64,000 bases of DNA from Candidatus Magasanikiibacteriota bacterium (lineage in GTDB: Bacteria; Patescibacteriota; Patescibacteriia; Magasanikbacterales; GWA2-37-8), in assembly GCA_030650025.1 (NCBI GenBank), contig JAUSEN010000008.1:1164-65163 (forward strand), in the 5' to 3' direction. The notes below the pieces were generated by a model, which saw only the letters and a program-made list of their open reading frames with translations, had not been told where the DNA came from and searched no databases. Shown one piece after another: positions 16,044 through 24,715 of this stretch. The translations under genes and the position numbers were made by a program. Positions within the stretch are counted from its first letter, which is position 1; every line of letters begins with the position of its first letter.

Positions 16044-17459
16044 CTAAACCTTTTTTGCAGTACCCTTTACTGGATCAATCTCTACCAAATCTCCATTTTT
16101 AAATACTGTGGTCACGGTTTTCGTTCCAACAATGCATGGAATGTTTAATTCTCGGCTTGTAATAGCCGCATGCGAGGTGAGCCCACCGGTATCTGTTAAA
16201 ACTGCACAGGCCTTTTTCATAGCAAAAACATATTCCGGGCTAGTCATCGGCGCCACCAACACCTCACCTTCCTTAAAACTTTCTACCTTAGTTGGATCAA
16301 ATAAAATATGCACGACCCCCTTAATCATGGCGCCACTACCTTTACTCGCCACCGCCCCCCTTACTTCCGACGCTCCAACCGCAGATTTTTCTGTGCCATA
16401 CAAATTCCAATAAAAATCTACTTCCTGTGAGGATAATTCCCGGCAATCGTGGAAAAACCAAACGCCAAAACCATTGGCTCGTTTTTTTAATTCCTCGTGC
16501 AAATCTTGACCACTTATAATTTCGGCAATTTGATTATGCCACAAATTGTGTAACTCATCAAAACTATATTTATAACGACGCGCCACTTCGCTGGTCAAAA
16601 CATCAATATAATGCAAAATAATGAATATACTTTTTTTGCGTTCATCTTGCCACTCGATACCATACGTAATCGCCTTAGCTATAGCCATAATCTCTGGCGG
16701 TAAATTATATTGTGCTTGAAAACTGGCCTTGCGTTTAGCCGTTTCTGCTAATTTTGTTTTAACGTTACTTTCAAAATCAGTCGGGATTTCTTTTTTGTGT
16801 TCAGCAAACCAGGACTCAGACAAAATTTGGGTACCAGCATAGCTATTTTTTAACCAGTAAAATTGTTCAACGTGCTTTTTAAGATCGCTCGTGTTAACTA
16901 GGGCAATTTCTTCTTCCTGATAAAAAGAAATTTGCTCTGGCGCGGTTAACACTTCAAGAGCCGAACGCAATTCATCTTGGTCCGTAATAATAGGCTTTAA
17001 TTTTTCTGTCAGATACTCGGTCGAACCGTAATTTGCTAATTCGGGAATCGACCCAGCCACCCAAAATTTAAGATATAAATCATTAAAATTATTCCACAAC
17101 TTTAACAGCTCGCTATCGCTAGCAGCTGATAGTTTAAGCGAACCAATATGCTTTTCTAAGCTAGCGATCTCCCGATCATAACCCTGCCATTCTTTATATA
17201 TGCCCTCACGAGAAATCGAGGGTAACATGTACTTAACAAAAACTCGCTGCCCGGCCGCGACTACGTCTGGTGTGTTGTTAACCCAAAACGAACGACCGTC
17301 CTTAAACATCCATAAAGTCTCCGACCAATTTTCAGCAAACTTGGCACGAAAGGCTTGGTAGTGAGTCTCCACAAACGTAGAAACATACAAAAATTTGCCT
17401 GGCACTGGCCCCCAACGAAAAATATCGCCTTTGGAATCAAACGGAGTTTTATTTTGCAT
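16044..17459 (-). CDS. PEP-utilising mobile (phospho-His swivel) domain protein with a large helical N-terminal domain
   Basis: C-terminal GEVLVAPMTSPE..TDTGGLTSHAAITSRELNIPCIVGT. Confidence 0.88.
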   Translation of the reverse strand: MQNKTPFDSKGDIFRWGPVPGKFLYVSTFVETHYQAFRAKFAENWSETLWMFKDGRSFWVNNTPDVVAAGQRVFVKYMLPSISREGIYKEWQGYDREIASLEKHIGSLKLSAASDSELLKLWNNFNDLYLKFWVAGSIPELANYGSTEYLTEKLKPIITDQDELRSALEVLTAPEQISFYQEEEIALVNTSDLKKHVEQFYWLKNSYAGTQILSESWFAEHKKEIPTDFESNVKTKLAETAKRKASFQAQYNLPPEIMAIAKAITYGIEWQDERKKSIFIILHYIDVLTSEVARRYKYSFDELHNLWHNQIAEIISGQDLHEELKKRANGFGVWFFHDCRELSSQEVDFYWNLYGTEKSAVGASEVRGAVASKGSGAMIKGVVHILFDPTKVESFKEGEVLVAPMTSPEYVFAMKKACAVLTDTGGLTSHAAITSRELNIPCIVGTKTVTTVFKNGDLVEIDPVKGTAKKV

Positions 17460-18057
17460 ATGATTTATTAATTAATTCTATACTATTCCATTGTGGGTCG
17501 TGTGGTAAACCCATTTCCTGTCTGACCGCTTGCACCCGCTCGAAATATTTTCGGCAGGCCTCTAGAGTTTTTTCGTAAGCATAAGCATCATGGGTCCCTT
17601 CGTATGTAGAACAATCAAGAACATCGGCGTCTTTTACTAATTCCGCATATGGATTAGTCGAAACCACATGCTTATCGCTATGCTCATAAATCGCCTCGAC
17701 TATAATTTTGATTTCTTCTCCACTAAACTTATTAATCGACCGCAGATACTCTTCGGCAATTACAGCGCCTTTATGCGCGTGATCTTTGGCATCTCCCGAA
17801 ACATTTACGGCAATGTCATGCATCACACACACAATTGCTCCGATTTCGGGTCTTAAACCTCGCTTTTCTGCTAGCACCCGACCAAATTGGGCAACCGACG
17901 AACTGTGTTTAAGCTCAAATACTTTCCCCCAAACACGGCTCTCATCCGGAATTTTACTACAGCTTTCGAGTATCACTTCAACAACGTGGCGCTCTACCCG
18001 CTCAGCGCGCGACACGTTCTCGCCTTGAAAATGGGTGTAGGGGTTGGTGTTAGACAT
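17449..18057 (-). CDS. HD domain phosphohydrolase
   Basis: KHS..V, MHDIA, HA.KG, EH and DADVLD. Confidence 0.85.
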   Translation of the reverse strand: MSNTNPYTHFQGENVSRAERVERHVVEVILESCSKIPDESRVWGKVFELKHSSSVAQFGRVLAEKRGLRPEIGAIVCVMHDIAVNVSGDAKDHAHKGAVIAEEYLRSINKFSGEEIKIIVEAIYEHSDKHVVSTNPYAELVKDADVLDCSTYEGTHDAYAYEKTLEACRKYFERVQAVRQEMGLPHDPQWNSIELINKSYAK

Positions 18058-18217
18058 ATTAAAAGATAAATTATTTTACACTCTAGAATAGCATTTTTTG
18101 GGTATTTCGTAAATCATCCGGCCACTCTCCGGTTGATTATAATCAAACTATTGGCTAACGCTAAGCTAAAATTTATAAAAAAAATGTTGTAAGAGTCTTA
18201 CAACATTACCTGAAAAG

Positions 18218-19036
18218 CTACTTTTTAAAATTTCTCTGATCAGGTGGATATGGCTTATTTTTAATCTCATCTTTGGCATGCAACCACCCAAACTCAAAAA
18301 TTCGACGTTGTGACTCGGCAATCAGTGGGTCAACTACCGTAACTGCTCTATTTTCCTCTGGCAAAGCAATGCTAAAACTATTGTCAAAAATAGCCATAAA
18401 AGCGAACGAGGAAAATTCTTTAGGATCAATAAAACGCGCCTTCATGGGCGATGCTTTAGGATTTTTAATATACTTCATTTCCACATATTTTCTGGCTTCA
18501 GAAGTATCCATGAAAATAAACCGGGTCGGAATTTGTTTAGCAAATTTTTGAGGAAAATAAAAATTTTCTAAATAATCCTCAAACGGTTTAGCAAAAGCTT
18601 CGATTTTGGTCCACTCTAAAACTTCGGTTTTAGTATCTAACACAGCCGAAGCCCAATTCCGCAGTCCTTCTACTCCTTCATAATATATAACGTTAGTTTT
18701 AACAGGCTTTGGATTTTTACTAATTTCTTTAAGCTCCGGTACCAAAAATTCCAAAGCCCGCTCTTCGCGTTTTACTTGCTCCCCATGTTTACTAACGATA
18801 TCGTAAAGTTTAAATGGCGGGAAAGCCGCAAAACATCTTTTATTTTTTACAAATTCTTCATGCAAAAAACCTTTATCAATCAAGGATTTTATTAACCCAT
18901 AAGCACTCACACGCTTCTGCTTAGCTCTGCCTGCAATTTTTTGCACCGACTCAGGCCCTAATTCTAAACAAGCGACGTATACTTTAGCTTCAGCCAAAGT
19001 CAAATTAAATTTTTCCAATTCTTTAAAAATATTCAT
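18218..19036 (-). CDS. TrmB family transcriptional regulator
   Basis: L..FNLT..EAKVY..LELG HTH, YEG.EG and C-terminal F...W effector domain. Confidence 0.88.
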   Translation of the reverse strand: MNIFKELEKFNLTLAEAKVYVACLELGPESVQKIAGRAKQKRVSAYGLIKSLIDKGFLHEEFVKNKRCFAAFPPFKLYDIVSKHGEQVKREERALEFLVPELKEISKNPKPVKTNVIYYEGVEGLRNWASAVLDTKTEVLEWTKIEAFAKPFEDYLENFYFPQKFAKQIPTRFIFMDTSEARKYVEMKYIKNPKASPMKARFIDPKEFSSFAFMAIFDNSFSIALPEENRAVTVVDPLIAESQRRIFEFGWLHAKDEIKNKPYPPDQRNFKK

Positions 19037-19066
19037 GAAAATGGCCGTAATTAATTCCGAACCAAA

Positions 19067-20998
19067 TTACCCACCAACATTCGCCACTGTATTCGGAGGC
19101 AAGTTCTGCGGCGGGCGGGGCGGTTTAGACGGCTCGGGCACAAACCCCAAATCTAATGGCGCTGGCACATCGACTGGCGGGGACGGAGTTGTTGATTTTT
19201 GGGCACTGACAATATCAATTGATATTGGCTTTTGAACAAGTGGCGCGGGCGCTGTCAAAGTACGCAAAGAAACGCCGGGCGCGGCCGGGTTGCCGAGTAA
19301 TACCGGAGTCCCTCCGCCTGGCGGCATACCCCCGCCCCCTCGGTTCCTTTTACGCTTACGCTTTTTTTCTTGACCAGGCCCACCTGGTACGCTGGGAGCA
19401 GAGTTAAATTGAGGTGGGCGAGAGAAACTAGCGAGCGGCTTAGGTGTTGCAACAGGGGGCTTAGGCAGAGACGAATTCAGCGATTTTTGGGTTATTGGCA
19501 AAGGCGCCGGAGCCGATCTCACCGCCACCGGCAGACTGGCTGTTGACTTATTATTAGTAGAAGCAGAATTAGAAACAGGCAGAGAGGCAAGCGCGGCGAC
19601 TTTGGGTGGAATGTCACCAAACATCGCTTCGTCTTCATCAACTTCTAAATTACCAGCTTCGTCCCCACCCGTGACTAGCATGCCGCTCCAACGCGCGATT
19701 TTATCTTCAATCTTCTCGCGCGGCAGGGCATAGCGCTCGCGCGATACTCGAATCACCTTTTCCGTACTGTCAGTCGGGGTGCCAATTGGCGGCAGGGTCA
19801 AGGCGCTAAACGGCCGCGAAGCCACGCCATCAATCATCAGTTTTAAATAAACATGGTACTTAGGCAAATTAACTAAATCTTCTTCTATAAACGTCGGCGC
19901 GAATTCTTTGGCTAAAATTTCGGCGTCACTCGAACCCACTCTAAAAGTAATCATGGTGCCAACGTTGCCAACCACCGCGGCCAACACTTCCTCTTCCAGC
20001 TGTTCCATGTACTGGTGCGCCATGGTTAAGTCCAGCCGATACTTACGCGCTTCGGACAAAATATTCGCGAAGCTTTCGTTGGCAAAATTTTGGAACTCGT
20101 CTACATACATAAAAAAATCTTTGCGCTCGGTCTCGGGGATATCCACCCGCTCCATAGCCGCCAGCTGGATCTTGGTAATCAGCATACCGCCGAGGAGCCG
20201 AGAATTATCCTCGCCGATCCGGCCTTTAGAAAGATTCATTATAAAAATTCTTTTATTATCCATTATCTCGCGAATATCGATGCGAGATTTAACTTGCGCC
20301 ACAATGTTGCGAATAACCGATGCCGACAAAAACTGACCGATTTTATTTTGGATCGGCGCCACGGCCTCGGTCCGAAACTTCTCGGCATAATTAGCGAACT
20401 CCGTGGTCCAAAAAGCTTTCACGACCGGGTCCTTGGAATTATTAACCACGCGGCGGCGATAGTCCGCGTCCGCTAGCATTCGATTAATGCCAAGTAATGT
20501 CGTCCCCGGGAAATCTAAAAGCGCGAGTATTGTGTTATTCAAAATATATTCCATACGTGCGCTCCACACATCCGGCCAGATTTTTTTAAACACGCCCATG
20601 AGGCCACTCGCCACCAAATGCTTTTGCTCGGGCCGGACAGTTTCTAAAATATTAAACCCAATCGGAAAATCAATGTCCGCCGGATTAAAATAAACCACGT
20701 CATTAATGCGGTTCGCCGGAATGTAATTAATAATTTTTTCCGCGAAGTCCCCGTGCGGGTCTACCAAGCCCACCCCATGCCCGGCGTAAATATCGTTCAA
20801 AACCATATTTTCCAAAATCGTGGTTTTGCCCATGCCGGTTTTACCCACCACATAAACATGCCGGCGGCGATCGTCGATTTTAATGCCAAACTTCCGATTT
20901 TGATTCCGAAAATTAGTTAAACCAAAAAAATTAATCTCTGGGTTAGATTTTATAGTGCCTGCTTGCGGCTCCAAGCCACCACCTTGTTCTTCACTCAT
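19067..20998 (-). CDS. VirD4/TraD/HerA-like P-loop ATPase with Pro-rich C-terminal tail
   Basis: RRHVYVVGKTGMGKT, DPHGD, YVDEFQ and EARKY..AHQ. Confidence 0.88.
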   Translation of the reverse strand: MSEEQGGGLEPQAGTIKSNPEINFFGLTNFRNQNRKFGIKIDDRRRHVYVVGKTGMGKTTILENMVLNDIYAGHGVGLVDPHGDFAEKIINYIPANRINDVVYFNPADIDFPIGFNILETVRPEQKHLVASGLMGVFKKIWPDVWSARMEYILNNTILALLDFPGTTLLGINRMLADADYRRRVVNNSKDPVVKAFWTTEFANYAEKFRTEAVAPIQNKIGQFLSASVIRNIVAQVKSRIDIREIMDNKRIFIMNLSKGRIGEDNSRLLGGMLITKIQLAAMERVDIPETERKDFFMYVDEFQNFANESFANILSEARKYRLDLTMAHQYMEQLEEEVLAAVVGNVGTMITFRVGSSDAEILAKEFAPTFIEEDLVNLPKYHVYLKLMIDGVASRPFSALTLPPIGTPTDSTEKVIRVSRERYALPREKIEDKIARWSGMLVTGGDEAGNLEVDEDEAMFGDIPPKVAALASLPVSNSASTNNKSTASLPVAVRSAPAPLPITQKSLNSSLPKPPVATPKPLASFSRPPQFNSAPSVPGGPGQEKKRKRKRNRGGGGMPPGGGTPVLLGNPAAPGVSLRTLTAPAPLVQKPISIDIVSAQKSTTPSPPVDVPAPLDLGFVPEPSKPPRPPQNLPPNTVANVGG

Positions 20999-21089
20999 AT
21001 AAATACCTTAAAATAGCGTTAGGACTTAACACTTTTATTATACGCTAAAACTAACCCTCCGACAACAACGAACATATGTAACAATTTGC

Positions 21090-21192
21090 TGTCATTTCGA
21101 CCCCGCCTCTGGCGGGGAGAAATCTCTATCACAATTGTGAAATGGACAGAGATTCCTCGTCGGTCGCCATAGGCGACCTCGCTCGGAATGAC
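21090..21192. repeat. TGTCAT...ATGACA MITE/REP-like element (complete, intergenic)
   Basis: tgtcatttcgac...aatctct...agagattcctcgtcgg...ctcgctcggaatgaca. Confidence 0.85.
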
Positions 21193-21197
21193 AGCGC

Positions 21198-21773
21198 CTA
21201 ATCTTCAGAGAATACTTCTACCTGGTAAGTATAAACCGTGAGCCCTGGTTTTTTCCACTCCTCCGGTTCCAAACCTGCCTTCATACAAAGCGCCGTCAAA
21301 AAATTGCTTTTCTCGAGCATTTCATCCCAGACTTGGGGCAGAAACGTCGCGTTCTTCTCCCCTCTTTCCACCACCACGCCGTCCACCCCCACTCGGAGTT
21401 TATTAAACAAATCTTCCGGGGAATCAAACTCCAAAACTTTCGGATCGGTCAAAACCGAAATTTCAATATTGACATCTGGCAGTTCCTCTTTAGTAACCGG
21501 AAAAAATCGCGAATCCTCAAACGCCGCCGCGTAAGCATTTTCTAAAATATCCAAATACAGCGGACGCCGCGCCTCTAAACTGCCCATACACCCTCTTAAT
21601 TCCACTAAATCTTTTTTAAGCGTCACAAAACACGCCCGCTTGATTTTTACGCTCTCCCCGCTCGCCTCGATCTCGCTCTCTTTAAGTTTCAATTTTTTTC
21701 CAGTTTCTAAAAAATGCGCAATACTCTCGCGCGCTAATTTTAAAAGCCAGGTTTGTTCTTCCCGAGTAAACAT
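21198..21773 (-). CDS. AMMECR1 / AmmeMemoRadiSam protein A
   Basis: ACFVTL..LRGCMG, AAFEDSRF, EISVL, ATFLPQVW and LC.KAG. Confidence 0.92.
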   Translation of the reverse strand: MFTREEQTWLLKLARESIAHFLETGKKLKLKESEIEASGESVKIKRACFVTLKKDLVELRGCMGSLEARRPLYLDILENAYAAAFEDSRFFPVTKEELPDVNIEISVLTDPKVLEFDSPEDLFNKLRVGVDGVVVERGEKNATFLPQVWDEMLEKSNFLTALCMKAGLEPEEWKKPGLTVYTYQVEVFSED

Positions 21774-21807
21774 TTTTCTGTAAATCTATACCAAAATAAA
21801 ACTTTTT

Positions 21808-22518
21808 TTAAATATTAAAATATTCTTTCCACCGCAAATACAACTCGCCGGTAGATTTTAAATCACCCACGTTATATTTCGCGATCTCGAGGCACTTACC
21901 GGCTTTAAATAGCCCGGCTACATCTTCGCCAGTCACGCCGCCGGCTTTGGGGCTCTCTATTCCAAGCGCGCGGCACCACAAATGCAGACTGCCCTTCTTC
22001 CTAACTGTTCCGTAAAAACTTAGCTGATCCATTAAATCATAATGCTTCGCGTCCTGGGGCATATAATTTAAATACCGATTCGAGAGCAAATTTTTTGACG
22101 GCTTTATTTTATGCACAGCCGAACGCACCATCATATAGGGAACATCGAAACCACGGCCATTATAAGTTACAAAGTCATTATATTTTTTGGCGAGTAACCA
22201 AAACTGTTCCAGCATTTCTGGTTCCGTATGCTGTTTAAATATTATTCCATCTTCCTCAAATTCCTTATTATTTTGCCCAGGAGCATTATAGTACACGGCG
22301 CCTTTTAATCTCTCTAAATCCCAAACACCGAGCGCGACAATTTCGCCGGTGAGAGGGCTAAACCCGAGTCCGGTTTTTACGTCCTCCATCGCTTTCTCAT
22401 ACTCACCCTCATCATAACTCTCGCGCTTCAGCCACTTAGTCATGAGCGTTTGCGTAGTTTCGTCCATCGCTCCCCACTCCTCCCCCACAGTCTCGACGTC
22501 AAATATTAATGTTGGCAT
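21808..22518 (-). CDS. DnaQ/PolB-like 3'-5' exonuclease
   Basis: FDVET, YNGRGFDVP and YN.GD (DEDDy). Confidence 0.85.
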   Translation of the reverse strand: MPTLIFDVETVGEEWGAMDETTQTLMTKWLKRESYDEGEYEKAMEDVKTGLGFSPLTGEIVALGVWDLERLKGAVYYNAPGQNNKEFEEDGIIFKQHTEPEMLEQFWLLAKKYNDFVTYNGRGFDVPYMMVRSAVHKIKPSKNLLSNRYLNYMPQDAKHYDLMDQLSFYGTVRKKGSLHLWCRALGIESPKAGGVTGEDVAGLFKAGKCLEIAKYNVGDLKSTGELYLRWKEYFNI

Positions 22519-22581
22519 ATAAGTAAAATCTCACTAATAATATCTTAAAGGCTGCCGACTATTCGTAAAATCCTAGATGTA

Positions 22582-23004
22582 CTAAATTCCATCGGTAAAC
22601 ATCATGGCAACTTCCGGCACATCAATCGCCTCTTTAGGGGCCTTAATAATCGAATGCATACTGCCGCCGCCGTCCCCTTCCCAGCGCGGAATAATGTGCC
22701 AATGGACGTGCGGCACCGCTTGCCCGGCGGCCGCGCGCTCGTTAATGCCAGCGTTGAGGCCCTCCGGAGCCAACACCTGTTCGATCCGGTTACGGGCGGC
22801 ATTAAGCCCGCGCATAAAATCCCGCCATTCACTGTCACTCATATCTTTTAAAGATTCGTAGTGTTGTTTGGGGATCACTACCGTATGACCTTTGGCGCAG
22901 GGGTGAATATCCAGAAACGCCAATACATCGCTATCTTCATATACTTTATAAAACGAAACCTCTTTACGAAGTATTTTACAAAACAAACACGAATCTTTTA
23001 GCAT
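22582..23004 (-). CDS. HIT family hydrolase
   Basis: CLFCKI and AGQAVPHVHWHIIPR. Confidence 0.93.
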   Translation of the reverse strand: MLKDSCLFCKILRKEVSFYKVYEDSDVLAFLDIHPCAKGHTVVIPKQHYESLKDMSDSEWRDFMRGLNAARNRIEQVLAPEGLNAGINERAAAGQAVPHVHWHIIPRWEGDGGGSMHSIIKAPKEAIDVPEVAMMFTDGI

Positions 23005-23025
23005 AGATTTTTGTTAGTTTAACAA

Positions 23026-24714
23026 TTATTTATAAAACCAGCAAATGCCCTGCGGCGTTGGTAATTGTACCGCAGTATTGTTCTTAATTACAAGTTCGCG
23101 CGAATATTTCTCAAACAACGCCACGCGCTCACTCTGGCCAAAATTAGCATCAATCGGAAAGCCTCCCCCGATAATTTCTTTTCCGGAAATTGCTTCGAGC
23201 GCGAGAAGCGGATAAGTGTCGGCGATGACACAATGTTTATCTTGATCTTTCTCTTGCGACCACACGTACTCCATAGCGCGGTATTCGTCCACGCTGACGG
23301 CGCGCGCATCCGGGCCCAAGGAATACGAGGCGGTGATGGCGATGGACGCAATGATAACGAGGGGAGTAGTAATAAGTAGTGAGTAGTGAGTAGTGAGTAG
23401 TAACGATTTTTTGGTGATATGAGAAAAAAGCTCTTGGAGAGCCAGAGCGAATAACAAAACTGAAAAAAGCGCGAGCGTAGCGTCCAACCGGCGCGACAAC
23501 ACCTGTTCGCCCGTCAAAAAATAACGGGAAATGAAGTAAGAAATAAATAGGCCCAGAGTAAAAATTGCGAGCCACAAGTTCTCTCGCTTGCGCCAGCTAA
23601 TTACCACCCCACTCGCTACCCCGCCCCAAAACACCAGCGCGAACACGGGCAACCACCAACGCCACGTTGTAAACAGATTGGAAACAAACGCGTAACTTGG
23701 CACTTGATTAAATAAAATATTACCGGTCGCGATGTCGTGCGGCCGCGGACCGGCGGCAACGTACCAGCCGAGCAGATTCCCAATAAATTGTTTAATGGCG
23801 GAGAATGCGGCCACGGGAACAAAATGACTGTATCCGGCCGCGATTTCTAGCGCCGGAATAATCAGCGCCACCGGAATAATCAGCCAGGCCAGACTTTGGA
23901 CTTTGGACTTTGGATTTTGGACTGCCAACACTCCCCACGCGAGCAGAAACAAAACTAAAAATAATAAATAATTAACGGCCAGTACCGCCGTATAGATAAA
24001 CAAAATTTTACGCGTCGCCCAGACAGCGCCGCGCGCTCGCGCCGCGAGAATGACCAGCCCGCCGAGGAAAAACAAAAATCCAAAATTTACCGGCAAGCTA
24101 AACGCGCCGGCGGCTTGCAGAGCAAACGGCAAATTGCTGAACCAAATGGTAAACAGCCGCGCCCGGGACGAAAATCCCAGATATTCCGTCAATTTCCAAA
24201 GCAAAAACGGAAACGCGATAGAAAACAAAACCGGCTGAAACCATTTGGTAACCGCGATTAAACTTATTCCGAGGAGCTTGCTAATTCCAGCGCTCACCAG
24301 CCAAAATAATCCATAAGACAAATCCCCCGCCCCAAACCCGGTTTGCGTGCCATCGGCAAGCGTCGGGTGCGTTGGCCAATGGCCTTGGAGTATTTGCGCC
24401 TCGCTCGCCATGTGCCGCCAACCATCGGCTCCGTAGATTAGTTGGTGTGACAGAGGCAGAAGACTGTGTACTACTAACGCGTATAAACATAACACAACCA
24501 ATTTTACGGGGAGCGACCAACGCGTAAATAAAACCACTAGTCCTATGACTAGAGTATAAATATAAAAAATATTGATATAATACGAGGGCACTACTTGCCA
24601 AGGGGTATTAATTGCCGCTATATTTTGGTGAGAGAACACTACCCACATTAATATGCCCGACCAAACCAAAATACCGAACAAGCCGCACCATTCTAAATAA
24701 TTTTTTTTTATCAT
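23026..24714 (-). CDS. Multi-pass membrane protein (possible GT-C fold glycosyltransferase)
   Basis: About 12 hydrophobic segments; YGADGWRH loop after the first TM helices. Confidence 0.55.
   Translation of the reverse strand: MIKKNYLEWCGLFGILVWSGILMWVVFSHQNIAAINTPWQVVPSYYINIFYIYTLVIGLVVLFTRWSLPVKLVVLCLYALVVHSLLPLSHQLIYGADGWRHMASEAQILQGHWPTHPTLADGTQTGFGAGDLSYGLFWLVSAGISKLLGISLIAVTKWFQPVLFSIAFPFLLWKLTEYLGFSSRARLFTIWFSNLPFALQAAGAFSLPVNFGFLFFLGGLVILAARARGAVWATRKILFIYTAVLAVNYLLFLVLFLLAWGVLAVQNPKSKVQSLAWLIIPVALIIPALEIAAGYSHFVPVAAFSAIKQFIGNLLGWYVAAGPRPHDIATGNILFNQVPSYAFVSNLFTTWRWWLPVFALVFWGGVASGVVISWRKRENLWLAIFTLGLFISYFISRYFLTGEQVLSRRLDATLALFSVLLFALALQELFSHITKKSLLLTTHYSLLITTPLVIIASIAITASYSLGPDARAVSVDEYRAMEYVWSQEKDQDKHCVIADTYPLLALEAISGKEIIGGGFPIDANFGQSERVALFEKYSRELVIKNNTAVQLPTPQGICWFYK
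23375..23401. repeat. Heptamer tandem repeat (AGTAGTG)n inside CDS
   Basis: About 4 units. Confidence 0.75.
23892..23924. repeat. Heptamer tandem repeat (GACTTTG)n inside CDS
   Basis: 4+ units. Confidence 0.75.
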
Positions 24715-24715
24715 A

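Noticed and set aside
14965-17459. Frameshifted ppsA pseudogene
   Set aside because: Gene order is reversed relative to PpsA domains, both ORFs have clean starts and stops, and no pyruvate domain is present.
19067-20998. Conjugative element
   Set aside because: No relaxase, VirB genes, integrase or att sites nearby.
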